Shown here one piece after another: positions 37,601 to 49,759 of a stretch of DNA of 64,000 nucleotides. Position 1 is the first letter of the stretch; each line of letters opens with the position of its first letter. The notes beneath the pieces are model-generated. The model had not been told where the DNA came from. It was given only the letters and a program-made list of their open reading frames with translations, and did no database searches. The translations under genes and the position numbers were made by a program. Origin of the DNA: Camelus ferus (Eukaryota); assembly GCF_009834535.1 (NCBI RefSeq), contig NC_045696.1:57352001-57416000 (forward strand). The letters run 5' to 3'.

Positions 37601-39867
37601 AAGGCTGAGCAGGTTGCTGCTCTGTAGCTTTGGATAAAGGTTCTTCTAAACCTTGGGTAGGAGAGCCTGGTTCCTGCTGGCCACTGCTTGGGAATTTTCT
37701 GTCCATAGACTCCTTTACTTGACTCTGGAGTTGCCTTAGTTGGTCCCCAATGTTCTCATTTTCCTTGCTTTGCTCATCAAACTGTTCTTGCAAGCGATTA
37801 TATTCATCTTTCTGTTGCTTTAGCTCCTCCCTCAGATGTCTTTCTTTCGCCTGTGCCTTTTTTAGAATCACCTTGCGAGAGGTTAATACTTCCTGTAGCT
37901 TCTTTTGAAGTTGTTCCTTTTCTTTTTCAAGGTCTAATATTTTTCCTTCCAGTTCCGGTTTCCAGTGTTCACCACTACCTGAACCATGTGGACTGATGGC
38001 CACTGCTTCTTTTATAGGTGCTGCCGAGTCACCATCACCTGCATCCTTAGTATCTGTGGTTAACTTTTGGATAACTGCTTGGTTTTCAATGATTTCTGCT
38101 TGGAGCAAATCTATTTGGTTTGTCTTCTCTTGCAAGTTCTGATTCATCTGTTTGACCACAGCCTGTAACTGTTCTTCAGCTGCTGCCTTTTCCTCCAAAT
38201 CCTTCCTTACACGCTCTAGTTCCACTTCCTTCTCAGATACTGTCTGTTTCAAAGACATTTCCATTTCTTGGCAGTGAGAAGTCACACATTTTTCTAAGTC
38301 TTCTTTGTTTTCTTTATCTTCCTCCATTTCCTTCCTCTCACTCTCATGGAGGGGAATCTCTTTCCTGGGTTCGTCTTTCACTTTGGCCAATTCCTCCTCT
38401 AATTTGCTGACTTGCTGTAGAAGTTCCTTTCTGTTAATAAGAGCTGCCTGGAGTTTTCTCTTTCTCTGCTCGCTTTCTTTCTTTACAAGGTCTAATTCAC
38501 GCTGAAGTTCTTCTTTACTTATTAGCCCTGCTGGATTCAACTCATCATAATTCTGTTTGATGCCAGAAACAATTTCTTTATCTTCTTCCACCTGCTCTTT
38601 TTTGGCCTCTTCAGCTCTGGATAATAAATTCAGCTGTTCTTTAAGGGTTTTAATTTCAACCCCAAGAGAAAACTTCTCTTCATTAAGCTGGACCATCTTC
38701 TCAGTCATACTAAAGCTGATTTCTGTCACTTGCTGATCCTTCTCCTCGATAGCTTGCTGGAGGGTTTCTACATCTTTCTTCTTCTCTAGTAAGAGTTGAT
38801 CCAGTTTTGCTATTTCAAGTTCCCTCTGTGAAAGAGCCTGTGACAGTTCTTCCATCTTAGTTGAGACGTCCCTCACACGTTCCGCTCCATCAAGCACTTC
38901 CCTTTCCTTCTTCTGCAGCTGGCTTTGCAGGCTTTTGATCAAAGTACTCTGCTCGGAAAACTGAACCTGCACATCATCCAGTTCGTTCTGTAAAACTTCA
39001 ATCTTCACATCTTTAGATTTAGCTTCTATGCTGAGACTGTGGATCTGTTCAGTAAGCAAGCTGCTATGAGCAGTCTGACTCTCATAGTCAAGTCTTCTTT
39101 GCCTTTCCGCTTCTGCAAGGTTCACTTCCAGTTGCTGTACCTGAGCCCTGAGTTCTGTTACCACACTAAGATTCCTTCACCTGAGAAAGGAGCTGGTCTC
39201 TTTCTTCAGACAAAGCAGTGAGTGCACTATTGGTGTTTTCAGCATTTTTCTTAAACTCTTCAATCATCTGGGTTAGGTTGCCTATTTCCTTAGCTTTTTC
39301 ATCTAAACTTTTCTCATAGATTTCTTCTGCTTTATGAAAGTTTATCTCAAGCTCCAAAATTTGACCTTTTAGCCTTTCCAGTTCATCCTGGTGACACTGA
39401 CAAACATCTTGTATGGCAGAAGGGGGTTTATCCTCATCATCCTGCTTTGTTGATTTTAATTCCATTCCAGCATCATTTAAAGATATTTCCTCAGATGCTC
39501 TGTGTTGCTGTTTAGTGCTCATCTGCTCTTCTTTTTCAGTTGTTGGAAGACTGCTCTCTTCATCTGGCACTGGGGGTAATGGTTGCCCTGTATCTTCAAG
39601 CAATACTGTCATTTCAACTGGAGGTATTCCTTCACACTCTATCTGTTTCGTTTCTTTCTGACCAAGGACTTCAGGGTCACCCTCTGCCCTTTTGCCTTGA
39701 AGCTGCAACTTAAGAAATGCAATCTCCTCTTGAGCTTCTTTCATTTCCAACAATAAAATGGATAATTCTTTATGCTTCTGAGAAAATGTGTTCTCTAGGA
39801 CATCTTGTCCACTTTCCTCAGTGGAACAGCTACTCTTGTTGAGCCCAGCAGTATCAACCACGCTGAT
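34668..39867 (-). CDS. GOLGB1: GOLGB1 giant exon (about 13), 5200 nt as assembled, with two +1 insertions (39171 and about 37254)
   Basis: Three consecutive giantin ORFs (39166-39861, 37164-39164, 34664-37129); cag|ATC start, AG|gtaaa end; removing 2 nt gives 5198 nt and the required phase 2. Confidence 0.95.
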
Positions 39868-40829
39868 CTGTTTTTAAAAAAAAGAAAGAAAAAGCCTCAA
39901 TCAAATGTTTTATAAGAAATAGCCTAACTGAAAACTGCATTTTCCAAAACCTGAAACTTTTCAGTCCAAACCTTCTTACCATAAAACTGCTAAATACTTT
40001 TAAAATCAGTTTTCATCTCTCAAATTAGACCTCTGAGGGCATCTTGTTAATTCTGCAATGAGCTCAAGTCACAATCATAAGACTTAAAGAAACCTGAGAC
40101 TCATTTTCTAAATATTCTTCACTTTGGAAACTTTTTCTTCAAATTAAAATTCCTCTTTGTTTCTCCTAAGAACTTCTTAAAAATAAAAAGGGAAGCAGGA
40201 AATTAAATTTTTATTTCATTCCCATACCAAGAAGGAAGTCATGGGATTCCTTTTCCTAAACTATCTATTGGAGTAGGAAATATTAGATAAGACAGCCATT
40301 AACAGACAAGTAAATGATCAAACAAGCAGCTTGAGATAAATTATCAGGATAAAATCATCAAAAGGAAGTTCTGCTGGGACTTGGGTATGATATTATGGAC
40401 CTGTTCGACAAAATATTAACCAAGTTATTATTACAAAAATTACTATGTTAGACTGCTCAATTCATATAAATTATTTCTATAATTGTTTTCCTGGGAAACA
40501 AAATCAGTGAATCTCATGGTAAATTTAATTAGTGTTTTATTAAATGAGTGTGGGGACGGTGTACACAGTAAAATCTCCATCTTTGCCAATAGCTCCTTTT
40601 TCTTTCCCCAGAAAAAAATTCCAACTTGATATGCGGAAAAATTCCCCAGGGACTGTCAAATAATGTAGTAGCCAAGAGCAAAGCTCTGCAGCCCAGCTGC
40701 CTGAGTTCACACCTTCACTCAGCCATTTACTAGCAGATGCTGGCACATAGTAAGTATTCAGTGAATGTCAGCTATTATCTTGGTATCATTCTCAGCCACT
40801 GAGTGAAAAAAAAACTCACTATTTTAGCA

Positions 40830-40967
40830 GGGGGAGGATATAACTCAGTCGTAGAGTGCATGCTTAGCATGTGTGAGGTCCTGGGTTCAATCATCAGTAC
40901 CTCCATATAAATAAATTAAATTAAATTAATAAAATAATAAAAACCTAAATATCTCTCCCTCAAAAAA
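40830..40967 (+). mobile_element. tRNA-derived SINE, Vic-1-like (camelid)
   Basis: GGGGAGGATATAACTCAGTCGTAGAGTGCATGCTTAGCATG...GGTTCAATC (A and B boxes) with an AT-rich tail; imperfect TSD AAAAA(C/T)TCA(C/T)TATTTTAG. Confidence 0.85.
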
Positions 40968-41887
40968 TTCATTATTTTAGAATTATGTATTATTTTATGA
41001 AAAATTATCTGATCATTTTCCATAAGCATTATATTTAATCATTGAAAATTCTTTGCTCTCTGCATTTCTCACTCTCTCAAATTTCTAAAGCCAAAACTGG
41101 ACACAATATTTATTTAGCAGAGGAAAAGTTCCTTTATAATTTCTTCATGTCATGTTCCTATTTATCCATCCCTACATATATTAAAAATCTGATATAGTTA
41201 AGGCATCACTTCTGCCAGAAGACTTCAATGTAACTAGCTCCTTCTCTGTTCTCTCATACCCAAAGTATTCTTACTTCCTCTTTACTGTCATTTTCACTTT
41301 ACTCACGCTCTTCCTTCCCTTAGTCTCATCCTTAGCTGCTCCCTATGCTATCTACAGAGTTTGGCTTGAGTTTTAAATTAAAAAACAAACAAACAAAAAA
41401 AACTTATCCCATAATGAGAGGGCAGAGAACTTTGCTATTTTCAGACACTCTAATTACTTTTTCTTCTAGTGCTAGTCTTCTCCTTTTGGCTGGGCTTACA
41501 CTTTCCTTGGACCTTTTCTACTCACTCTCTTTTATCCCAGGGATTCTCTTAGTCACTCTACCTTTTGCAATTTCTGTGGGGTTTTTTTTCTTCATTGTTT
41601 CCTGTTTATTTGTTCTCCCTTCTGGCTGTTTTGTTTTTCTTGTTTTTAACAAGTCCCCATCTTTCTTATCTGTTCTTTTTTGAGCTATCTTGTTTTCACT
41701 AGACACTACTGCTAAGCATCTTAAAACATTAAGCACCTCCTTGGCCAAACAAGATTCATAATTTGTCAATAACCATATAATTTTTGTCAATAACCATATA
41801 ATGCTATAATTTTCAAAATTTAGTTCCCTTCTGACAATTTTATGAACAGAGCAGCAGCAGCCCCATGAAAAAGTACTGAATATAAGA

Positions 41888-42273
41888 GTGGAAGTTAATT
41901 TTATGTGTAAACTTGGCTACCCACCAGTACTCATATACTTGGTCAAACATTATTCCAGATGTTTCTGAAAAGGTATTTCGAGATGAGATTAAGATTTGAA
42001 TCAGCAGATGGAGTAAAGTACCTTGCTTTCCATAATGTGGGTGGGCCTTATCTAATCAGTTGAAGGCTAGAAGCCAAAACAGGCCTGTCATCCACCAAAA
42101 AGAGGAAATTCTGCCTGCAGACTACCTTCAAGCTCAAACTGCAACTCCTCCCTAGGTCTCCACTTTGCAATTTTGGATTAGCCACCTTCCACAATTGCAT
42201 GAGCCAATTCCTTAAAATAAATTTCTCTATATATACTTCCTATTAGTTCCATTTCTCTGGAGAACTCTAATGC
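41888..42273 (+). mobile_element. MLT2-type (ERVL) solo LTR
   Basis: GTTAATTTTATGTGTAAACTTGGCT...GATGAGATTAA...TTTCTCTGGAGAACTCTAATGCA. Confidence 0.85.
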
Positions 42274-42867
42274 AATAAGCAAGCAGATACTTTTGTTAAG
42301 AAGTTATGTTATTCCTCAAGGCCATTTATGAGTCTATCACTGACTTCCTGATTGGAAGAACAATTAAACACAAAACAGCTAATAATAATCTTGAATCAAC
42401 AGAATATTGAGCAACCATACATTTCTTGTAGTAATTTTTAGGTTATAAAATAAAAAACACCACTCTCTGAAGATACCCTTTTCAATATAATCCAAAGTGA
42501 AACTGTGCCAACTGGGGAGGCCTGGGGTAGGTGGAGAACAGAGATTTTATTTAATCTCTTCACCGAGAAACTTTTCTGAGACGGGCAAAGAAGTAGAGAT
42601 AAATGATAACCCAGTATGAAAAATGGGTTATCAAATCTCAAATAAGTGCTACTGTACTTGCGTTGGTTTAGGACAAATAAAAAATTCCAAATAGTCAGAA
42701 ACAAATGAGAATAAATGAGAAGAAATAACCATTATGACTCTCTTAAATCTCACTTTCTAGATAATGCAATTCTCTGTCAACATCAGAAAACTGCAGAAAT
42801 GTTTAGATTTGAAACTACCTCCCCTTGATCTACTACATTCTGATCATTTCAAGAATGCATCACTTAC

Positions 42868-42941
42868 CTCACTGACTTCTCTATCTGCTTCTCCAGCTCT
42901 CTTCTGAGCCTCCAGGAAAGTAATCTGAGAGGACAGTTTTT
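42868..42941 (-). CDS. GOLGB1: GOLGB1 exon (about 12) (E)KLSSQITFLEAQKRAGEADREVSE
   Basis: cag|AA...GAG|gtaag, 74 nt, phase 1 to 0. Confidence 0.93.
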
Positions 42942-43679
42942 CTGAAAGTCACAAAATCAATATCCTTAGAAGAAAAATGTAGAATATTTGAAAAAACAAA
43001 GGTATGATTATGTATGAGGCTATTTGAGATGCATGAAATAACCAAGAAGAAAGAAATAGACAAAATAGTTTGGAGGAGATGAAACACTTATTTTATTAAA
43101 ATAAAGAAGTGGCAAAAGAAGATGAGAAGATGAGATATAAGATAGAATGTGACAAAGTGTTAATAATTAACCTTAGTGAAGTACAAAAAATAATGGAAGG
43201 CTTTAAAGGAAAAAAATGCCAGAATGTGTGATAAGAAGCAGCTATTTCTGTGGCAGAATTTGGGACTTCTAGGGCAATAAATCTGCTTTAATTTATCTAC
43301 AACCTTTCTGTGTTCATAGTATACATCACACATTAATACAGCATTTAAAATTTCTTCAATGTTCTTTTCATATGTTCATAAGGACATCAAATTTTAGCAC
43401 TAGAAGTGGAGCTATCCAATCTCCTCAATGACCATATGAGGAAACAAAGAAATGACATGACCTACAGTTAGTTCAGAGACCTGGGATCATAATCCAATCT
43501 TCTGAGTTCAAACTCGTGTTCTATTACAGGGTGTGTATCTAAAAAGGGTAGTAGCACCTTGGAGGATCAAAAACGTTAAGTATTAATAAGCCTCCAAGAA
43601 GTTTGTACTCTTTCTGAGAAGCTAAGACAAATATACTAAAGAAAGAAAAAAAAAGCATGTTTTACACTACATCTAAATG

Positions 43680-44146
43680 TCTTAACATGACCTATGTGAT
43701 TTGACTCCACTTATTCTCCAATCTTCTCTTCTCTCACTGCCCCTTTTTTGTTCACTCTAATCCCAAGAACACTTGCCTTCCTTCTGCCTGCAAACGTATC
43801 AAATGTATTCATACCTCAGGGTATGTGCACTGTTCTTCTCTACTTGGAACGCTCTTTGCTCAGCCTCTTTTTGCGTGGCTGTCCCCTTTTCATCATTAAG
43901 TGCTCAGAGAGGCCAACCCTGATCACGCTACTGCCGCTTTCTTCTTCCCCCAGGCACACCTGCAGGAACCTGTTTTATTTTTATCCTAATACGAATCACT
44001 CACTGAAATTTTCTTATTTATATACATGTTTATGGCCTGTCTTCCCCTCTAACATGTTCAGAGCAGTATCCTCAGCAACTAGATTACTGCCTGGCTCACA
44101 GGAAAGGCACCATAGATATTTGCTGAATGAACGAATGAATGAATGA
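43680..44146 (+). mobile_element. L2 3' end remnant
   Basis: CCTCAGGG...TGCACTGTTC...CCTGGCTCACAG...ATATTTGCTGAATGAACGAATGAATGAATGA tail. Confidence 0.7.
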
Positions 44147-45578
44147 ATTCAAGACTATATATAATGTGTTTACACATTTCACAAGATTATTTGAGGAAGG
44201 GCACAGTGGTAGAAATGGAAGCGCAAAAGGTGAGTTTAATACAGACTCCTAAAGCAAAGGTAACCTATGAGACTAGACACGAACACTAATACAGAAAACC
44301 TTAAGGCCAGGGATCCCTGCAGGAAAGAGCCAAGAGAATGGAACGCATGTGACCTCAAAACCATAAGAGCCACATGAAAGTGAGAGGGACTGCTTGCAAA
44401 ACTACAAAATAAGCACCACGGATAAGGTCTGAAAGAAGTGGTTTGAGTGGGTTAAATAATGAGCTGAATTTGTGGTGTTCTTTATTAGCAATGGTGGGAC
44501 TAGACTGAAAAAGGTATATAATCCCTAGTTTATAGCTAAGTAGAACTGTCATAAAATGGTTAGGTTGGAAATATTGGCTGTAAAGTTTAGGAAATTGTAC
44601 AAACTTTACTTGGTATTCGTTCTCACTCTTAAAGATAAAGCATATTAGTCAGTTACTCCAGGATAAAATAGATCAGTAAAGTGTTATTAACTACCTGTTA
44701 CTAAAACCATAAGGTCATTGTGAAGCAGGTGATAAGTGAAAGGAGGTATATCTTCATTCTTATTAACTGCTCACCCACAGTCCAATAGAATAAAGTGCTA
44801 AATTTAGTTCAATCCAACAAAACTTTATCCAGCAACCACTCATTTGCCAGCTATTATTCTAGTTCTTGGTAAAGGGTGAAGCAAAGATGGAAAAAAAAAA
44901 AGGCCCCTGCCTTTGAAGAGCTTATACTTTATCTCTGAAGAGCTTAAAGAATAAAATATAAACATATAACACATCATCTTAATACAATGTTCAAGGAATG
45001 CAAGGATGTTTCAGAAGCCCCAAAATGCATTTAACCCAAGTTGGGGGATGAGGGTCGATTTCCTGAAAAAGACAATACCCTAGTTGAGACCTGAAAGATG
45101 AGTAAGAATTAGCCAGCCGAAAGGAAAGGGATAAGGTTTCAAGCAGTATACAGCATGAGCAAAATCCAAAATGGTTTCTACCTTTATTTATACTGATCTC
45201 TGTTACTTCATCCCACAAATTTATTACTAGGAAAGTCCTTTCTCTCTTAATTTTGCCTTTTTAGGAATTTATCATTTTATTAAGGTCCATTATTCAAGAC
45301 TCACTTTTGAGAAGATTTCTTGACTACTCCAAAGTGAATATAACACAGATATCCTGCAGCACTTGTAGCTCATACTGCAAAATGTTATACTTATGTAAAC
45401 CTTGATATTGTGCTCAAATTGTTTCATGTATATTACTCCTATCTTCAGCAACTACCAGCCCTGCTAAGATCTTTACTATCATAGAATCAGACAATCTACA
45501 TGTTATACATGTATAGTGATAAAAGTAGGCATATGTAGGTTAAGAAGACAGAGGATTATGGTTTTCATTTATACGTAC

Positions 45579-45693
45579 CATTCTCAGCTTTCAGCTCCTC
45601 CAGCTCTATAGAATTAAGGAGCAAGGCTCCCTTTTCATTCTCTAGTTCTACCACTCTCTTCTGCAAAAAGGCAATACTCTCCTCAGTGACTGC
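45579..45693 (-). CDS. GOLGB1: GOLGB1 exon (about 11) AVTEESIAFLQKRVVELENEKGALLLNSIELEELKAEN
   Basis: tag|GCA...AAT G|gtacg, 115 nt, phase 0 to 1. Confidence 0.94.
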
Positions 45694-46252
45694 CTAAATT
45701 GTAGAAAGACAACAAATTAATGATTCTCCAGTGTAAAACTCTCATACTAATGTCCAGAAAGCTTCTGGCATTTTTGTCTTCTAAAAGTTCTCCAGCCATG
45801 AAATACTTTAAAAATACTATCTACTTTATCTCCCTAGGTAACCTTTAGAATAATGCTTCTTATCTGAAAATATAAAGAGAAAATCTTTCATACAAATTTC
45901 CAGTTCACTGGGTTTTGAATTTAAGACTGAAGACTGGATTACAAAAAGAGAAATCCCAAGTCTACTGCACATGAAAGAACATTTTCAGAATCCAAAAAAT
46001 TAAAAGTGCATCCATGAGTTTTGTAAAAGCTTCAAATAATCTAACATATGTGTAATTGAAGTCTCCAAAGGAAGGGAGAGGGTCAGAAAAAATATTTGGC
46101 TAACTAATGGTAGAACATTTTCCAAACTGATGAACACTATAACCACAGCAATTTAAAAGGCAAACTCCAAGCACAAGAAACATGAAGAACACTATGCCAG
46201 GGCACAACATAACCCAAGTGCTCAAAACCTGTGATAAATCCCAAAAGCAGCC

Positions 46253-46308
46253 AGAAAAGAAAGAAAAGAAAGAAAGAAAGGAAGGAAGAGAGAGAGAGAG
46301 AGAGAGAT

Positions 46309-46406
<98 letters not shown>

Positions 46407-46472
46407 AGGAAAGGAAGGAAGGAAGAAAGAAAGGAAGAAAGGAAGAAAGAGAGAGAGAAAGAAAGAAAGAAA

Positions 46473-46509
<37 letters not shown>

Positions 46510-46511
46510 GA
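46253..46511. repeat. Compound purine microsatellite (GAAA)n/(GA)n/(GGAA)n
   Basis: Directly visible, about 260 nt and almost all purine on the + strand. Confidence 0.97.
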
Positions 46512-46868
46512 CAAGGATGACAGATTTCTTGTCAAAAACAAAATGCAAGAAAAAAGAGTAATAGCCTTAAAGTACTGAAAGAGAAAAAAAAAACTATCAA
46601 TGTAGCATTCTATAGTCAGCTTTTAAAAGTATCTTTTAGCAACAACAGAAAGATAATGTCTTCAAACATACAAGAGCTATAAGAACCCATCACCAGCAGA
46701 CGCATGCACTCATGAGAGAGCACACACATACATATTAAAGGAAGGAAGTCTTTCAGGGAGCAGGAAAATGACACTAGATGGAAATATGAAACTGCACCAG
46801 AGCTTGGCAAACTTTGGAGGCCTTCCACCTATTTTTGTAAATACAGTTATGGCCTAAAAGCCTAAAAT

Positions 46869-47011
46869 GTTATGATAACTCACAGAGAAAAAAATGTGAC
46901 AATGAGTGTGTATATGTCGATGAATGACTGAAAAATTGTGCTGAACACTGGAATTTGACACAACATTGTAAAATGATTATAAATCAATAAAAAATGTTAA
47001 AAAAAAAAAAA
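46869..47011 (+). mobile_element. Young short L1 3' end inserted in a MER58-like element
   Basis: Nearly identical to 6045-6190; TSD AAAAGCCTAAAAT at 46856-46868 and 47008-47020. Confidence 0.9.
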
Positions 47012-49759
47012 GCCTAAAATATTTGTCATTGGACCTTTTATAGAAAAAGACTGCCAACTCTTGATCTACCTTAAAGAATGAAAAGCACCAGAAATGATAA
47101 CTGCAGTGGTAGTTAAGATTTACTATATTATTTGAATCGCCTTAAAAGATAACTGACTAAACAAAAATAAAAATTTTTGCTTATAACATGTTATATTTTT
47201 ATATTTTTGTTTATAAGACATTAATAAGTAAAGTAATAATAACATAAATCCCAAGAGTAAAGAAATGTAAGTATATGATTGTAAAAGTTTTATTCTACAC
47301 ATGAATCCACACAGTATTATGTAAAGGTAAACCGTGATAAAAATGCAAACTATAATCCTTAATGCAGTTACTATCTTAACAAAATAAAGAATTATAGCTA
47401 ATAAGATGAAAAGGGGGAAAAACAGAGTCATAAAAAATACTCAACCAATTTTTTAAAAGGAAGGAAAAGTAAAAAAGTAAGAAACAACAGTTGGAAAAAT
47501 AGAAAACAAATAGCAAGGTGAGAGACTTTAAAACTGTATCAGTGACAACAGTAATGGAAATGGTCTGAACATTCCAACTGAAAGGCAGAGATTGACAATT
47601 TGGATAAGAAGTAGGATCAAATTCTATGCTGCATTTAAGCAATGTGCTTTAAATATAAAGATACAAATAAGTTAAGGAAAAAAGATACACCATGCTAACA
47701 CTAGTCAAAAGAAAAGTAGAATTGCTATATTAGTATCAGACAAACGTACATCTCAGAGCAAAGAATGTCACCAAGGATAAAGAAGGTCATTTCATAATCA
47801 AAATATCTCTAATCAAAATGGCATAAAACCCCTAAAAGTTTGAATCTCCAGTAAGACAGACTGAAAATACATGATGTAAAAACTGACAGAACTATAAATA
47901 AATCCACCACTATAATATGAAATTTCAATTCTCCTCTCAATAACTGAGGGAACAAATAGGCAGAAAAGCAGCAAGGATACAGTGCACTTGAATAACTCTT
48001 GTCAACCAACCTTACATGATCGACATTTATAGAACATTTCAGCCAACAACAGCAGACTGCACATTATTTCCAAGTACACATGGAACATTTACCAAAATAG
48101 GCAATAATCTGGGCCATAAAACAAGTCTCAATCATTTCTAAAAGACTAAAGTCATATAAGGTATGTGCTCTGACCGCAATGGAATTAAAATAAAAATTAA
48201 TAATAGACTACTAGACATATCCTCAAATATGTGGAAACTAAGTAGCCAAGGGGGCAAAGAAGAAATCAAAAGGGAAATTAGTTATTTTGAACTGAGTGAA
48301 AATGAAAATACAACAGAATTTGTGAGATACCACTAAAGCAGATTTTAGAGGAAAATTTATAATGCAATATGCCCATATTAGAAATTAAAAAGGTCTCAAA
48401 TTAATGGTCTCAGCTTTTACCTTAAGAAGCTAAGAAATGAGGAAATCAAATCAAAAGCAAACAGAAGGAAGGAAATAAAAAGATCAAAGTGAAATCAATA
48501 AAATAGAAAGCAGAAAACAAGAGAGAATCAATGAAGGTTGGCTTTGAGATCAGTAAAGTTAATAAACCTCTGGGCAGTCTAATCTGTATAATAAAGAAAG
48601 TATAAATACCAATATTAGGAATGGAAAAGGTAACATCACTATAGATTCTATACATTTTAAAAGAGTAATTAGAGATTCTTAAGAGTAACTTTTTGCTTTT
48701 AAGTTTGACCCTTTATATGGACAAATTCCCTAAAAGATATAAAACACCAAAACTCACTTAAGAAGAAATATATAACCTAAATCATCAAATAGCTATGAAG
48801 CAAATAGAATTTGTACAGACAGATGCTTCCACAAAGAAAATTCCAAAAGTAGACAGCTTTACTGGTGAATTTTCATAAAACATTTAAGGAAAAAATAATA
48901 CCAAGTCTACACAAAATCTTTCCAAGAAACAAAAAAGGAAAGAACATTTCCCCATTCTTCTAAAAGGCCAACATTACTCAGAGCAAAACCAGAAAAAGAC
49001 ATTACATAAAATTACAGACAGACAAATATTCCTCATGAATGCAGATGTAAAACTTTGAAACAAAATTTTAGCAATTAAATCCAAGAAAGTGGAAGGATAA
49101 TATATCACGACCAAATGAGCTTTATCCCTGGAAATCTCATACACTGCTGGTGGGAATAGAAAATGGTAACACCACTTTGGGAAACAGTCTGGCAGTATCT
49201 TAAAAACTTCCAAACACTTCCCACATGATCCAGACACTCCATTTTTAGATATTTACTGAGAGTAAAGAAAGCACAGGTCCAAAGATTTGTAAAATAATAT
49301 TCATTATTTGTAACAGATAAAAACTGTCAACAACCCAAATTTGTCCATCAAAAAGGAAATGGATAAATAAACCGTGGTATGTACAATATCCTCAACAATA
49401 CAAAGGAATGGATTATTGCTACATACAATAATAGTATGAATATCAAAATAGGTACGCTGAGTGAGAGAAGCCAGGAAAAAAGAAGAGTACATATAATTTA
49501 TATAAAATTTTAAAAAATACAACTAATCTATAATGAAAGAAAGAGTGGCAGGGCATGGGGATGTGGGGATGTGAGAGAAAACTTAAAAGAGGGCATGAGA
49601 AACTTTGGGGGATGATGAATATGTTCATTTACTTGATAGTGATGATGGCTTCAGGCATATGTCAAAACTCATCAAACTGTACACTTTAAAAGTCTATAGA
49701 TAATTGTATGTCAATTATAACTCTAATATAGATGTTTAAAAGGAAAGTAAGTTAGTAGA

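Larger units (their letters stand above)
45960..49745 (+). mobile_element. Old degenerate L1 (ORF1 remnant, endonuclease region, internally deleted ORF2, 3'UTR) with nested insertions
   Basis: ORF1-like motifs near 46050-46800, endonuclease-region motifs near 47560-48200, jump to the ORF2 end near 49135. Confidence 0.8.

Noticed and set aside
33054..39661. Plus-strand ORFs of 60-123 aa
   Set aside because: Antisense shadows of the E/K/Q/L-rich giantin coding exons
40830..40905. tRNA gene
   Set aside because: Degenerate stems plus an AT-rich tail and TSD identify it as a SINE head
41762..41801. Tandem duplication of TTTGTCAATAACCATATAA
   Set aside because: Two-copy local slippage with no array or spacer structure
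46137..46578. ORFs of 108-134 aa (F/L/S-rich or K/E/R-rich)
   Set aside because: These are translations of the purine microsatellite
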